Of a stretch of 64,000 bases of DNA, positions 39,243 through 52,809 are shown piece after piece. Every line of letters begins with the position of its first letter. Within the stretch, counting starts at the first letter, position 1. Source of the stretch: Octopus bimaculoides. Taxonomy: Eukaryota. Location: contig NC_068990.1 in assembly GCF_001194135.2 (NCBI RefSeq), positions 82,154,923 through 82,218,922 on the forward strand, written 5' to 3'. Under the pieces are notes generated by a model. It made no database searches. It saw only the letters and a list, made by a program, of their open reading frames with translations, and was not told the DNA's origin. The translations under genes and the position numbers were made by a program.

Positions 39243-39935
39243 ACGACAACAGCAGCAGCTGCAGCAGTAGATATCTCTGAATTCGACTTTTCCAGTTGTT
39301 TCTTGTCTGTACAGTGAATATGGTGAATAGATCCAAGTACCATTTGCAACTGAAGATTCATTTCAGAGCTTTGCGTAGGACCACACACATACACACACAC
39401 CTTAGCAACTGTGTTTTCAATCTTCACTGATTGAATAACAAAGAAAAAAAACATCGTTACTCTATCTTCGAGCTATAATTTCAACACCGTTGTTTCCTTC
39501 TCGTTAGTAAATCCCAAAGAAACTAACATATATTTTCGGCAAGCTACCAATATCGTTCTGTCAAGGTTCGTCTTTGTACTCCAACAAGCGTCACATTTCT
39601 ATTCTCCTATTGCTACTACAACGGTGGCCACCCTCTTGCTCCCACGCAGCTGTTTTCTTTAACATAAACGTAAAACCCAATCGGGAGCTGTATGAGGTGT
39701 GTGGGTGGTGGTGGAATGAAGAGCTGCCGAAATATACCTTATGCGAATGTAAAACCATCGCTGTTACTTTTACTTTACGGTAGGGCTATATACCCTCCCT
39801 CGCTGTAATGTATATACTGTCAACTACCAGGCGAGTTTATCTAGAGGAAACTCAAACAGACAGACTTAGCATTACATGTTATTATTTCACTTCTTTTGTA
39901 ATAAGGAATAGATGAGCAGATTAAGAAAGCAGGAC

Positions 39936-39937
<2 letters not shown>

Positions 39938-40022
<85 letters not shown>
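39938..40022. repeat. (GA)n array, followed by further GA-rich tracts to about 40440
   Basis: Direct inspection. Confidence 0.95.
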
Positions 40023-40026
<4 letters not shown>

Positions 40027-40283
40027 GGAGAGAAAGAGAGAGACAGGAGAAAAGAGAAAGTGAAAGAGATAGACAGATATTCAGAGTGATAAAGAATTCG
40101 ATATATATATTTCTTGTTTGTGGTCATTCCACACACACACACACACACACATATATATACACACATATATACATACACAAAAGCACGCACGCATCTACTC
40201 CCCACGCATACACACACATACTCATATGTAAATGCAAAACACACACACGCGCTACATATACTTGTGGGGAGAGAGAGAAATAC

Positions 40284-40318
<35 letters not shown>

Positions 40319-41132
40319 AGGAGAAAGGGAGAGAGAGAGAGAGAGAAAGAAAGAGAGATAGAGCGAGAGAGCGAGAAAAAGATAGAAAGAGAGAGAAGAG
40401 TGAAAGAGACAGAGATGAGAAATAAATGGAGAGATTAGGAGGCAAAGTGAAGGAGAAAAAAGATTTATCTCTAACCGAAAATAAACAAACAGACTACTAA
40501 ATCTGTATCTGATTTCTGATAAGCTCTTAGAAACTGTTGTAGCAGTCTATTTTACAATGTTCAGTTTTTCCTTTACACGTCGGCACCAGGCAGTGCAGCC
40601 ATGTTGGATGATGTTGTATAAAAACTTAACTGGAAACTAAACTCTGTCTTATATACACAAGGGATATTGATGTGTATGAGTTGTTTATAACAAGGGAAAA
40701 CAGCCTGGATTTTAAACTTTCTTGTGTTATGTATCTGTCAGTGAGATAGAACGAAAGTATCGTTAATTGTGCCCAAAATTTAGTTTATATTTCTCGAGTT
40801 TCAGACTGATCGCTAAATTTACAGATCGCTACACTTGCCCAGATGTCAAACATTTGTAATTGCGCTCAAGATTCCCAAACCTAAAATCAACATGAATTGG
40901 GAAAAAAAAAAAAGAAGGGTAATTATGTTTTGGTTTTTCACTATTAGTTGGCTTTGTTATTATTGCTGCTGCTGCTGCTGACGTTGTTGTTGTTACTGCT
41001 GCTGCTGCTGTGTTTGTTGCTGCTTCTTTCTAGGTTAACACGAACCGAGCAAACATAAAATCAAAGACATTTAATCCGTCTTGTGACGGGTGTCAAAGGA
41101 CTACATTATATTTATTCATAGTATAAAGTCTT

Positions 41133-41340
41133 CTGTTACAGAGCAAAGAGCTCAAATTTTGGAGAAAGGTAACAGTAGATTAGATTAACCACAGTTAAAT
41201 GACAGGAACTTAATTTATCAACACCTGATAAAGGCAAAGCTGACCTCAGTGGAATTTGAACTCGGAATCGGAATGTAAAGAGACAATAAATACTTTGAAG
41301 GCATTTTGTCCGATGCGCTAATGATTCTGTCATTAGCCGC
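41133..41340 (-). mobile_element. SINE family C, diverged
   Basis: Reverse complement of the C head and body (ggaatttgaactc, aaggcaaag). Confidence 0.7.
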
Positions 41341-41967
41341 TTTTTGATTTACATCATATTAATTAGAGGTAGTGGCCACAGTTGTCATAATTTTGGTCGC
41401 TTTCCTCCAGATTAGCTTTTTATTTGGCAGACAGTATCTCAGACTCTCCAACCATGGCATCTCATCTCTTTGTGCTTCTAGAAATACATGAACTAGTCTA
41501 ACCACTTAAAATGAACCAGTAAGATTTAATTTGCAGGAAATTTGGCTTCCATTTCTGGTAGATCGCGTGGTTACCTAAATGTTTATAAGTGGGTTGGTAA
41601 ATTAAAAGATTTATTAAATGTTGGATAGAATGACTAACAATATTGGTTTCGACTTGCCGTGCCCTGAGTTCAAATCCTACCGTGGTCAATTTTGTTTTCC
41701 AGTTTTTCGAGGTGGATAAAAGATACAACTTGAGGATCGAAATCGTTAAAATGTCTAACAGGAATTTTTGTGCGAACTGTTCCGGATGTTGTATTCAGAT
41801 TTAAAGTCCCAACTCAACACCGAAAAACGACAGTTCTGTTAGCATTTGCGACCGACAGATAATAACAGCAACTTTAAAAACAAAAACAATTGAAACATGA
41901 TTTCTTTGGTTTGATGAGATCAATTACAATCACCTCCATTAACCCATAAATAATAAATTAACCCATA

Positions 41968-42120
41968 AATAATAAACAAATGCGCCCTTTTAAAGCTTAG
42001 CTAGGTTCATGGGCCCGGTTTCCCGGTTTCAATGGCGTATGTGTTCCCCAGCTGGACGGGACGCCGGTCCATCGCAGCGTTACTCATTTTTTGCCAGCTG
42101 AGTGGACTGGAGCAACGTGA
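41968..42120 (-). mobile_element. 5'-truncated SINE: family E body plus the alternative tail, with TSD
   Basis: 13-bp TSD aaattaacccata at 41955-41967 and 42121-42133. Body ttgctccagtccactcagctg; tail as at 31616-31704. Confidence 0.85.
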
Positions 42121-42964
42121 AAATTAACCCATACGTATGCATATATAATTGCATACTTGCGTGTATGTCATGTTTTTTGCATGTGTTAATATGTTGCAAA
42201 TGTGTGTACGTGCTTTGAAGCAAATTCAACCGACATATTAGAATTAAATCCACTGCGAAAGTGTTTTTTTTATGTGAATACTAACCCCCTACCTAATACC
42301 ACGTAAAAGCTAGGTTCCTCATAAAATAAATCAATATCAATTGTGTATAAAACGATTACGAAAGACAAATATCTGAAATCATAAAATCCTTTTTTTTGAA
42401 AATATGTCTTCACCTGAACCCGTTTATGAATTATCAATGCTAACTCCAGGCATTCTGGCTTCTCAAACGTATTATAATGTTATCCATGAGAATCATAACA
42501 CAAATAAACTTAGATTATCTTATCAGTATCTCCAAGATTTCCTGGAAGACTAATCCACTTATAAGCCAAACGGATGTTTTATTTGTATTATTTTTAACAC
42601 ACACACACATACCGCACATATGTAAGCTCTTCTTATATCTCTCTCCCTTTCTTTATTTCCTTCCCCCCTCTCTCTCTCTCCCTCTTCGTCTCTCGGTTTG
42701 TCTCTCCCACAAACACACGCACGTATACATACACATATGGGTGGATGGAGTTCCGTTCTTTTCGACGATGAGTACTAATCTCTGTCAAATGAATTACTCG
42801 CTCATTGCGTTAACGTGCAAATGGCTGCACATTCCCCCCCCCCCNNNNNNNNNNNNNNNNNNNNNNNNNNNNNNNNNNNNNNNNNNNNNNNNNNNNNNNC
42901 CCCTTCCCACACACACATTCACACACGCGCGCACACACATTCCACACACACACACACTGTCTTT

Positions 42965-43180
42965 AAGGCGGTGAGCTGGCTGAGTCGGTAGCGTGACGAG
43001 CAAAATGCTTAGTGGTATTTCGACCGTGTTTATGCTCTGAGTTCACATTCTTCCGAGGTAGACTTTATCTTTCATCCTTTCGGGGTCGATGAAATAAGTA
43101 GCAGTTGAGCACTGAGATCGACGAAATCGACTTACTCCCCCCCCCCTCGAAACAGCTGCCCTTCAGCCAATATTTGATCC
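42965..43180 (+). mobile_element. SINE family C, full length
   Basis: ggcggtgagctggctgagtcggtagc..tctgagttcac..tttcatcctttcggggtcgat. Confidence 0.85.
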
Positions 43181-45210
43181 CAATAATAATCTTGTAAATA
43201 GATTTGGGTAAAACGAAAACGGTTTGTAAGTCCATCGAATGGATTCTACTCGTAATTCAAAGCTCAAAGATTCAGCCTTGTTACACAAACAACTTCACAC
43301 TTTTCTGCTTGGAAGATATATTGTTTATATGTCAGTGGAATACTCAGCCAGTTACATGTTTATTCGATGAGTAGATAATCCACTTGGCTGAACAGCTGAA
43401 TACTCATTGTCGAAACTGATGGAGATCCGCTTACCAGACAGCAGAAACAACTCATCGCTGCCAGAAGAAGCGATCCTGTAAACACGACGAAACGTGTTGA
43501 AGTTGTTGCTGTTTACAATCAGATCATTCATAATCGAGATGACCTATATTTAAAGTCGTGACTCTATCCCGTATTTTTTTGTTATGGGAAACGAACCCAT
43601 GACCACATTATTTAATATGTCTTTTACTGAGACGGTATTTTCTCAGGTGTTAGCCCAAAATAAGTACAGGTAAATATCGAGTGAGGTATCAATGCATAAT
43701 ATCTGAAGGATGATCAAGACTTGTGTTGACTGAAGACTCATTCTATGAATAGAACCCCCCCCAAAAAAACCCCAAAACCAAAAACAAAACAATAAAGAAT
43801 GATTTCCAAATGTTAGTTTTTCAGTGTTTCAATCATGAAATTTGGTTGGACACACCAAATCAATGAGAGAATCTCTTCAGGACCATTTGAAATGCTAGAA
43901 ACAGCAGTCAAATCACCCTTGAATCACATACTGCCATTTTAACGATGACACATTGAGGTACACCATATTTGAACAAAAAAGAAACAGGATAGTCATGGCT
44001 GAATTGCCTTGGGTTATAAGTATGCTCAATCAGATACAACATGAAGCTAAACCCCACCACCACCACCACCACTACTAACAACAACATATCGCGCCATATT
44101 GTATAAACTAATAAGTTCTCAGTGATAGGAATCCAAGTCACTGTTATAGCCTATCAAACAAATATTGGGGAGATCATGACATGAAACTGTTCATCGTTTT
44201 CTTTATTGCTGCTGTTAATTGTTAAATCCATGACATTGGATAGATTTATGTGCAATAGAGAGAAGATTCTGAAGTTTCAGCATTAAGTCTTCGCCAATAT
44301 AAAAAACAAAAAAGAGAAAGAAAAGGTAAATATTACAAACAGTCTTTCTCTTTCAGACAAAGGATCCGTCCCTTAATATCAATGCTCTCTTCCTCCCATG
44401 ATATACAAACTGATCAAAATTCACAAACTTCAATATAGAATGTTTGAAGACGAAAGCAGGCCGACACATGATTCAGCGGAATATCACTTTTTACTGGGAA
44501 GTGATTGTATTAATTACTTGTCGATAAAAAACTCTTAATTAGTGACGTTTGACTCGTGTGATTTAAATAACAAAATATTGAATATTAGATATTAGATATT
44601 TCTTAAATGAGACTAAACTAGAAAACAGGTGGAATATTAAAGCAGGAGCAGTTATTAATATAATATTAAAAGGTTATTTAACTGAATGTAGACTCTGTTA
44701 CCTTGGAATACAGCTGAGGGACGTTAAAGAAATGAGGTGCCCATAACAGATCTGTGTGTGTGTGTGATTTTATGCCTATGTGAGAGGCTCTTTCAGGGTT
44801 AATAACGCAATATTCGGTTCTCTAACAAGGCATCCATGTTAAGTTGAATATAACGATTACCTTTTGGTATTAATAGTTCTTCCATCGGTAATAATTAATA
44901 TTCAGTTTAGTACTACTGAGGAGAAAGGAGAAGTGGTGGCAGCATGGGATTTGGTGGCGAGGGAAAAAGGCAATTCTAAGGTAGAAAAATTCAAAGAATT
45001 GTAGTTGCAGTAGAATGGATATAAGACACATATCACCAAGTTACTGTTACCGGTTTGTTTTACAGATGTTACAAATCTGAGCAATATGATCAAATGCCTT
45101 TCAGTTATAACCCCCTCGATATTCTCTCGGGTATTGCATATCTAGGAATTCACTACAATATCCAGTGTGTCTCTCCTCTTTTCAAAGCGATTGTATGCCA
45201 TTCAGTAGAT

Positions 45211-45378
45211 ATTTGGCTGTTATTTCTAGCAGGTTGAATGACTTTATGGAGGCTCCCTTGTGAATTTAATGCTGAATTAATAATGATGAATTTAGCGCAT
45301 TCATCAAATATATGCAGTATTAAATTGACAAGGAAACCTCTACGGAGTCATTCAGTCTACTAGAAGTAGCAGCCAAAT
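45211..45378. repeat. Fold-back inverted repeat, 64-bp arms
   Basis: 45211-45274 vs 45315-45378 match 51/64 ungapped; inner hairpin gatgaat/attcatc. Confidence 0.85.
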
Positions 45379-46822
45379 GTATTTGCTTGTAGTACATGAA
45401 TTATTTCAATTAATTAATAAAAAAATTATATTTGCTTTTCTTACGCAACACCTTACCTCGCACTTGGTAACACCGAGTGTGTGGCGTCTCTCGGGATAGT
45501 TGCAGTCTCTTATACATCAAATCCACTCTTTTGCTGATTCTCTGTTAGATATTTTAATATCTCGGATATTCTATATGATGGGAGCTAATGCAGGTTACAG
45601 CTTCTTCTGAATAGGAATAAGATTCTCATTGAAGTTAAGTAATTCCCAAAGAGCCTTCAGAAATAAGATCTTCATTGAAGCAAATCTTTCCTCAGAGATT
45701 GAGAACTTCCTGCAAATTAGATTTTTCCCGAGAGAATCTTTTCGTTAGAAACATTTATCCGATACTGATATTATTGAAATTATGCTTCATCGCCAGCTTT
45801 AAGTATATAAATAAAATTTTGCTAAAATTCTATATAAAATATATAAACCATATTATATTATCTCCCGCTTTTAATCTCATATATTCTCTAATATTTTAGA
45901 ATTTATAAACAATTTTATGTAATATGTTTCTGAGCAATTTTTATTTGCAATTTTTATATTTCCTACTTACAAGATTCAGTGAGTGTGAAGAAACAAAGAG
46001 ATCCATTCTTAAAGTTGCAATGGATCGGAGGCTGTGTGTGTGTGTGAAGGAGGGGGTGGGGAGAAAGAGAGAGAAAGAGAGGGAGAAGGAGACAAGCTAG
46101 GAAAGTAAGGGATATCACAGTGTATATTGTGAAATCTAAAGCTGAATAACATCACATCAATTAGGGATAGAAAACTGAAAGAAGAATGAAACAAAAGTAA
46201 TGAAGACACATGCACATACATAGGTTATACACACACGCAAAACATATATAAATACACACACACACGTACACACACACACGCTCATATACACTTATACAAT
46301 CACATATGTATGCGTCCATATACATACTATAACGTGGTTTTTGTTAAGAGAGTAACTCGGTGTTTTATTTACTGCATCGATGACGTATTCTTGATAAAAC
46401 AAACAAACAGAATATGTCATTGCTGTTACTACGGTCGTATCTACTGCTACCACTGTTATGGCTACAGTTATTGTATGTGAATCAATTATGAAGTTGGCAT
46501 GCATCACAAGGTACATCTTTGTATTTTTGCCATTGCTGTAATATTTCTTAGAGGCAATAAACACACTAGTTTAGATGAAATAAACAAATGTCTGCTTATT
46601 TATGTTTCTCCGAACAGAAAAGAAGAAAAAAAAGAGAAACTCGACCAGTTTCAGTCCTTGCTGGAAACTTCTTTTTAAGGCTCATACTCTGCTTCCCTGG
46701 TCATAGAAAGATCCAGAGCTAAGTTGTAACTTTCCACATAAGCTGTGTATTCTACTTTCTCTGCTTACGGAAATATTTAGAGCAAAGATCTGTTAGTCTT
46801 ACGTCTTATTAATGGCATAGAA

Positions 46823-47287
46823 TGCTCACCACGCTAAGACAACGTCGGCTGCGCTGGCTTGGCCACGTTCGCCGTATGGAGGATGGTCGGATCCCAAAGA
46901 TGTCCTTTACGGAGAGGCAGAGAAACATTGGCCGCCCGAAGCTGAGGTACAGGGACGTGTGCATGAGGGATGTGAAGGCACTTGGTATCAACACCAATTC
47001 CTGGGAGGATCTCGCAGCCGACCGAACCAGCTGGAGAGGCACTCTTCACAAACAACTGCAGACTGGCGAAGAGAATTTGAGGGTGGTGGCAGCTGAAAAC
47101 CGAACCTGCAGAAAAGAAATGACAGCCAACAGGCCGGATTCAACGTATAGGTGTGACCTCTGCAAACGAGACTGCCACTCTTGCATCGGTCTCTACAGCC
47201 ACAGGAGGCGTTGCAAAAACTGACTCAACAGATGGATGACATCATCATCCATGGTCAGCCATGATCGACGGAAGCCTAAGAAGAAAG
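46823..47287 (+). mobile_element. 5'-truncated RTE-clade LINE (RT C-terminus, C2H2 finger, 3' UTR) with TSD
   Basis: RQRRLRWLGHVRRMEDGRIPK..GRPKLRYRD..CDLCKRDCHSCIGLYSHRRRC. TSD aatggcatagaa (46811-46822) / aatggcagagaa (47288-47299). Confidence 0.92.
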
Positions 47288-47906
47288 AATGGCAGAGAAA
47301 TCAAGATACATTACTTTTTGTAATGTCCCAACTAATTGTCAAATTAAAGTTACATTTTCTGCCCACGGAAACATTAACAAGTAGACGCTTGTTTACAATT
47401 GTCCTAGTGTGTTCATTAGACAAATAAACAAAACATTACAGCAACGGCTACAACATAAGCTATACCTTGTGATATATTTGATATTATTCAAATATGCAGT
47501 TTAGTTCATCAGCAATGAATCAAATGTCATGGGTCGGAATATGACAAGTGAAGTCGATGTGGTTCATATTGACTTCATCGGTGGCTGCATATGGAAAGAT
47601 ATTTAGCAACTTTGAAATTGCTCAGGGAACCAGCTTTATTTTCTGCTTTCCTTTCTTAAAAAATGCTTATGCAACATACAAAAGCAACAATATATTTTAT
47701 GACATTTCAGGTGTTTCTTGATTTTTTTTTTCTGTCACTGAGCACATGACAAGATATGGAAAAACAGGTGGATCAAAGAAGATGAATTTATCTCGGCAAG
47801 TTTTAGATACTAATTCCAGACGTTTCCCTATTGTTCTGGTCTCATCAATGTTACAATAATACTATGTATAACCAAAACGAGACTGTAATTGTCACTGTAT
47901 TTCCTA

Positions 47907-48118
47907 GGGAAAGACTCCCTTCGGTCATGAATGACCATGGGATTGCACCTAGAAAGTTATCCTCTAAGGCACAAGTCTGGGCTAGGTTGTTTATGGAAGA
48001 CCAGCAGTTGCCCATGCAAACCTTTCCCCCTGCGACACCGATGTTATCCAAAGGAAAGGCAAAAGCCGATTTAGCTTGGCACCAGTGACACCGCAACTCC
48101 TTTCTACAGCTGAGTGAA
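47907..48118 (-). mobile_element. SINE family E 3' part
   Basis: Reverse complement of the 57346-57686 body and tail. Confidence 0.85.
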
Positions 48119-49173
48119 AGGTCGGATTAATCATATTGTCCTTAGATTGCCCCCGCCCTGCATGCACAATTCCAAATTTAATCAACTGAAATTTCAATAT
48201 CATCGATCCTTTAGACTTTCTAAGGCTTTAGAGTTGTCACCCTAACTAAAATACGGAAATGTTCCACCGTTCTAACACCAGTAATTGTATTTCAAAATCT
48301 ATTATCTCAACGGTAATAGATTGGCAAAATACTGCTTTTTACTCAACTTACTTTAGATAACATCTAGAGCGAAAGAACAGACACAAATGGAAGCAACCAT
48401 TGCTTGTTCTTACTCAGATCTAAGCTCTGATTCAAAATTTACGCCTAACCAACGAAGGGAAACATTTCATTGAGCAAGATTTCCATGCTCTTCAAATTGT
48501 CTTGGCATTGATTAAAGCTTGTCTCCTATGAGAATGTCACCCTTGTGTCATTTCCTATTCGTCCTTGTATTAGATATATTACAGCAGAGGGAAAATGACA
48601 TTAGTTGTGAAGCTTAGATATTTATCAATACATTGCAAGTTGTTGTGGCGAGACTGTAATATCTTATAAGCTAAATAATGCCATGACTGCGCTTCAGCTG
48701 TTCAAATATGTCACAAAAAGAAAAGTTGTTTTGATTTCTTGTTTTGTTTTTCTCTTCTTACTATTTCATTTCTGTTTAAAGTCGACAGTTAGTTTGAGAT
48801 GATGGGTGTGAGATAAACTAGTTAGTTGCTAATGATTGAATTAGTTTCAGGTGAATAATGTAGGGTAGCTGAGTTGAACTAAGAAAGCAAACTCACAAAC
48901 AAGCGAAACAAATATATAATAACAGAAGAAAAAAAGAAAAAAAACGTGAGAAAGAAAGACGAAAGGGAGATATGAAGATGATTAATAAGATAATCAATAA
49001 GAATACGAGTGATAGACAGATGGAAAATGTTTGGTTGGCACAAAACAGGCTGAAGTTATTTTGCGCCCCCTCACACCTCCCATTCCTCACACAAAACAAT
49101 AACAAACAGGAAAAGCATACACACGCGCACGCATACGCGTGAGCACACACACGCACGCACACGTGCACACACA

Positions 49174-49221
<48 letters not shown>

Positions 49222-49291
49222 GATACATATGTTTGTGTATGTGTAGAAACATAAATCCGATATAAACAAATAAATGTCATATATATAGATG

Positions 49292-49323
<32 letters not shown>

Positions 49324-49963
49324 CACTCGCACACACATATATGTATTTCTCGTATTTNNNNNNNNNNNNNNNNNNNNNNNNNNNNNNNNNNNNNNNNNNN
49401 NNNNNNNNNNNNNNNNNNNNNNNNNNNNNNNNNNNNNNNNNNNNNNNNNNNNNNNNNNNNNNNNNNNNNNNNNNNNNNNNNNNNNNNNNNNNNNNNNNNN
49501 NNNNNNNNNNNNNNNNNNNNNNNNNNNNNNNNNNNNNNNNNNNNNNNNNNNNNNNNNNNNNNNNNNNTGTAAGTGTATTCGTTAAAATTGAGTATTATCT
49601 GAGAAAACATTCATTGCCACCAACAAAGATATCTTGAGACAAAAGTCTTGCGAAAAACATCGTCTGGTTGTCTAGCGTTTAATCTTTCTATGGCGGGATA
49701 GGTGACAGAAAAAGAAATTCTGATGAAAAACAACATTGTCATGTTTTATTTGTTCTACAAGTCATCTCCTATTCCTTTTTATTTCCTTCTTTCTCTTTGT
49801 ATGTGTTTATATACCTATCTATTGTTGTAACTATTAATAAGGTATATCTATCAATCTATCTATTAAAAGGTTGTAATACCATGTTGGTTATTATATGTTG
49901 CGTAGAGTGAGATAAGAGTTATGCACGCGCACAGAGCACACACCAACAGCTCACACACACACA

Positions 49964-50005
<42 letters not shown>

Positions 50006-50114
50006 TGCGTGCATGTGTGTATATCCTTGCGTAAACATAAAAGTATTTATCAATATATAATTGGTATCTTGGTTTTTTTTTGGCTGTCAATTTTTATTGC
50101 AAGGGAGAGAATCG

Positions 50115-50280
50115 GCGCAGGCATTGCCGTGTGGTTAAGAAGTTCACTTCACAGCCACGTAGATTCGGGTTCAGCTTCACTATATGTAAACTAATACTTA
50201 TGTCTTTTACTATAACCCCGGGCCGACGAAAGCTGTGTGAGTCGATTAGATAGACGGAAGCAGAAAGAAACTCATCTTAA
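50115..50280 (+). mobile_element. SINE family B 5' half, diverged
   Basis: ggcgcaggcattgccgtgtggttaagaag..gggccgacgaaagc..tagacggaagc. Confidence 0.7.
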
Positions 50281-50774
50281 ACATGCATGTGTACATACAT
50301 TAAAACATTAGTCAAGTGTAAGAATAACAAGCTGGATATTGTTGTTTGGGACAGACAAGAAAAAATATGTACCGTTCTTACCAATAATTATTTATATACA
50401 TGTGAACAGATATTTATGAGTAAATACCTAAGTAACAATCTAGATAAGCTAGGGTTTTCAGACAAAACAAATCAATCAGTTGACTCACACGTTATAATTA
50501 GAATCAGTAGGTGGAACACTAAACATATGCAAGATTTTCCTCAAGTTTAAAATGTGATATTGTTTTTCTTATCTATATTCCAACGATGAAGCTTGGTATC
50601 TTTGTCAGAAACCAGCTCCTTCCTCAGAGAAAGAATTTAAAGAATTAAAAACAGAAGAAAACATATACACACATACACACATACGTACATACACACACAC
50701 ACACACATAAATACATACATATATATACACACACACGTATGTATATGTGTGTATAAATATATATACACAACATT

Positions 50775-50945
50775 CGCCGTACTGGACTGCTGAAATCTAC
50801 AAGTTTTTTTCATTCACTCTCTGTTTATTTTCTCTTATCCCTTTCTGTTGAAGAGCGTAGGCTCGAAACGTAAAAGACTTTCTCACTTTCCCGAGCTATA
50901 ACTAATACACTTGCTTGTTACTCATACACCCGTCTTCATCTTTCA
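50775..50945 (+). mobile_element. Penelope-like terminal fragment (second copy)
   Basis: Similar to 12258-12460. Confidence 0.5.
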
Positions 50946-51039
50946 GCCGAAACCACGTTGACATTCAGAAAAGATGCAAAGATAGAAATTTCTAAAGAAC
51001 TTAAAAAAATATGGCTTCCTGAGAGAGATGGAAAGAAAA

Positions 51040-51975
51040 AAAAAGCAATACTGATATGTGAAGATCACATGTCAATAACAACAAACAGAAATTTACTGAA
51101 ATTTTGGAGAGGTTTTGACATCAGAAAGCTGGGAATTGTGTGCTCAGTACTCCCGGTTGAAGTGGGAAGACGTCTTTGATCTGTCTGTTACTTGCCAAAG
51201 TCCACCAATATTAAAGCATAGCTTTGCACTTAGTTCTTTAGGTATTGGGGTCACATTGAATCCTGAGGGGTAGGATGTATAACACATTCTGTGTTAAAGT
51301 TATTCTTGTGCATGAGTAAAAGTGATGCACTAGTGTGCAATATTACCCAGAATTCAAAGATTGAACAAGCGCTTGAGAGACATCAAATAATTGTCTGGTA
51401 TGAATGCGCAATAGCACACAAGAGAGCTCTGGAGAGACTAGACAAACATTGCAGGAACTGACTGAGAATATTTCTCAAATAGGATAAGTAATGTTGTTGT
51501 TGTTGTCAGGTGATTCCATCAAAACATATCAGTTATCCCAAAAGGCATAAAAGCCGATAAAATCCGTGCTTACTTTCCTTGGCCCAAAGTGTGCATCTCT
51601 TTGGATCAAAATTAAAATCCTCAAACTGAGTACAAGCATGAACATTTCATTCTTTTGGAGATTAGTTGTCCAGACAATTTGCTGAAAATTTATTACAGGT
51701 TAGAGGATAATGATTTTCGATAATGATGTCTAGATCTAGTTTTTATAAGCAGTGGTTAAGGCAGCAGACAAACTGATACAACAACTGTTCTCTGAACTGC
51801 AAAATTTTTACCTAACACACATGTAGCTCTGTGAAAGATCTATAATTGCACTCAGTATTACTATCAACGGCATCAACTATTTTCTGTCGCCGGCAGTTCC
51901 AGGAATAAGTCATACGAACAAAGTAATGTAGTCGGTTGTAGATCAGGAAGAAGTAATTACCAAGCCAGCAGGATT
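51040..51975 (+). mobile_element. Helitron PIF1-family helicase relic
   Basis: STPG*SGKTSLICLLLAKV (Walker A, GGTGKT), CNITQNSKIEQALERHQIIVWYECAIAHKRALERLD (Walker B, IVWDE), SGD, LCERSIIAL and VVDQEEVI occur in the Helitron order; stops and frameshifts. Confidence 0.85.
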
Positions 51976-52809
51976 TTAAAAAGTTTTCGGAATCTTCTAT
52001 ATCGTGCACGTTTAAACTTTGCCGTGTCAATCACTAAATTCCGATGAAGAACATTTGGAAATAATTCTTTTTGAGACTTGTTGGAGCTGATCCACTGTGA
52101 CTTCCAACTGTGATTTTATAAATAATCTGTATATATTTTATATATAATCTGCATATAATCCGTATACAAAAGCATACTACATATGAAAATATGTTGTATG
52201 TAAAAATAGATTGGATATAAGGAGTTTATTTATATAAAGTTAGAACGGCACGTGTTCTTTGCTGCTATCTCAAACTTGTGAAAATGATCACTGGGTATTC
52301 TATAACGATAACAGAATTCCCAAAGCTTATTACATCTGCATGGTACACTGCTAGGTATAGTTACCGAGCTCTTAAAATATGTGAAGGTTCTATGTCAGCA
52401 CTTAAAGATAGCCAGCTTTTAGTTTCTCTTCAGGCACAGCATATGACTACATTGTCCAACAAGTCTTCCATTTAAAAAAAATATTAAGAAGTTTTTGACT
52501 TGATGGAAACTTGTTTGACATTTCTAGCAGGTTCGAATGGTCGCATTGGAAGTTCCTTCTCTTGTACCTATTTACAGTTAGGTCAAACGAGCCACTTTTT
52601 GTTAGATGTCATTGCAAGATATAGTGGCACGATGCAAAGTTTTTACCATTCACCTGGTAATCCTAAACCCTATTAAGTTATATATCAAAAAAGAAAAAAA
52701 GCTTTCAAAATGAACAAAGTAAGAAGATAACTGACTCACACAAAGCGATCATTCACCAAACGCCAAATATCAGGCAAATCTCCCTAATAGTACATCTCGT
52801 TTTTATGTG

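Noticed and set aside
39401-43475. Isolated minus-strand micro-exon candidates (39401-39426 KIENTVAK; 43435-43475) with good splice signals
   Set aside because: They could not be linked unambiguously to the exon chain. Such short ag...gt segments arise often by chance in 64 kb.
45457-45709. An exon-like segment (cag...gtaag) with a long frame, KFSISEERFASMKILFLKALWELL...
   Set aside because: It contains TAA, TAG and TGA stops in 84 codons, not significantly fewer than chance, and loosely resembles the RTE post-RT region.
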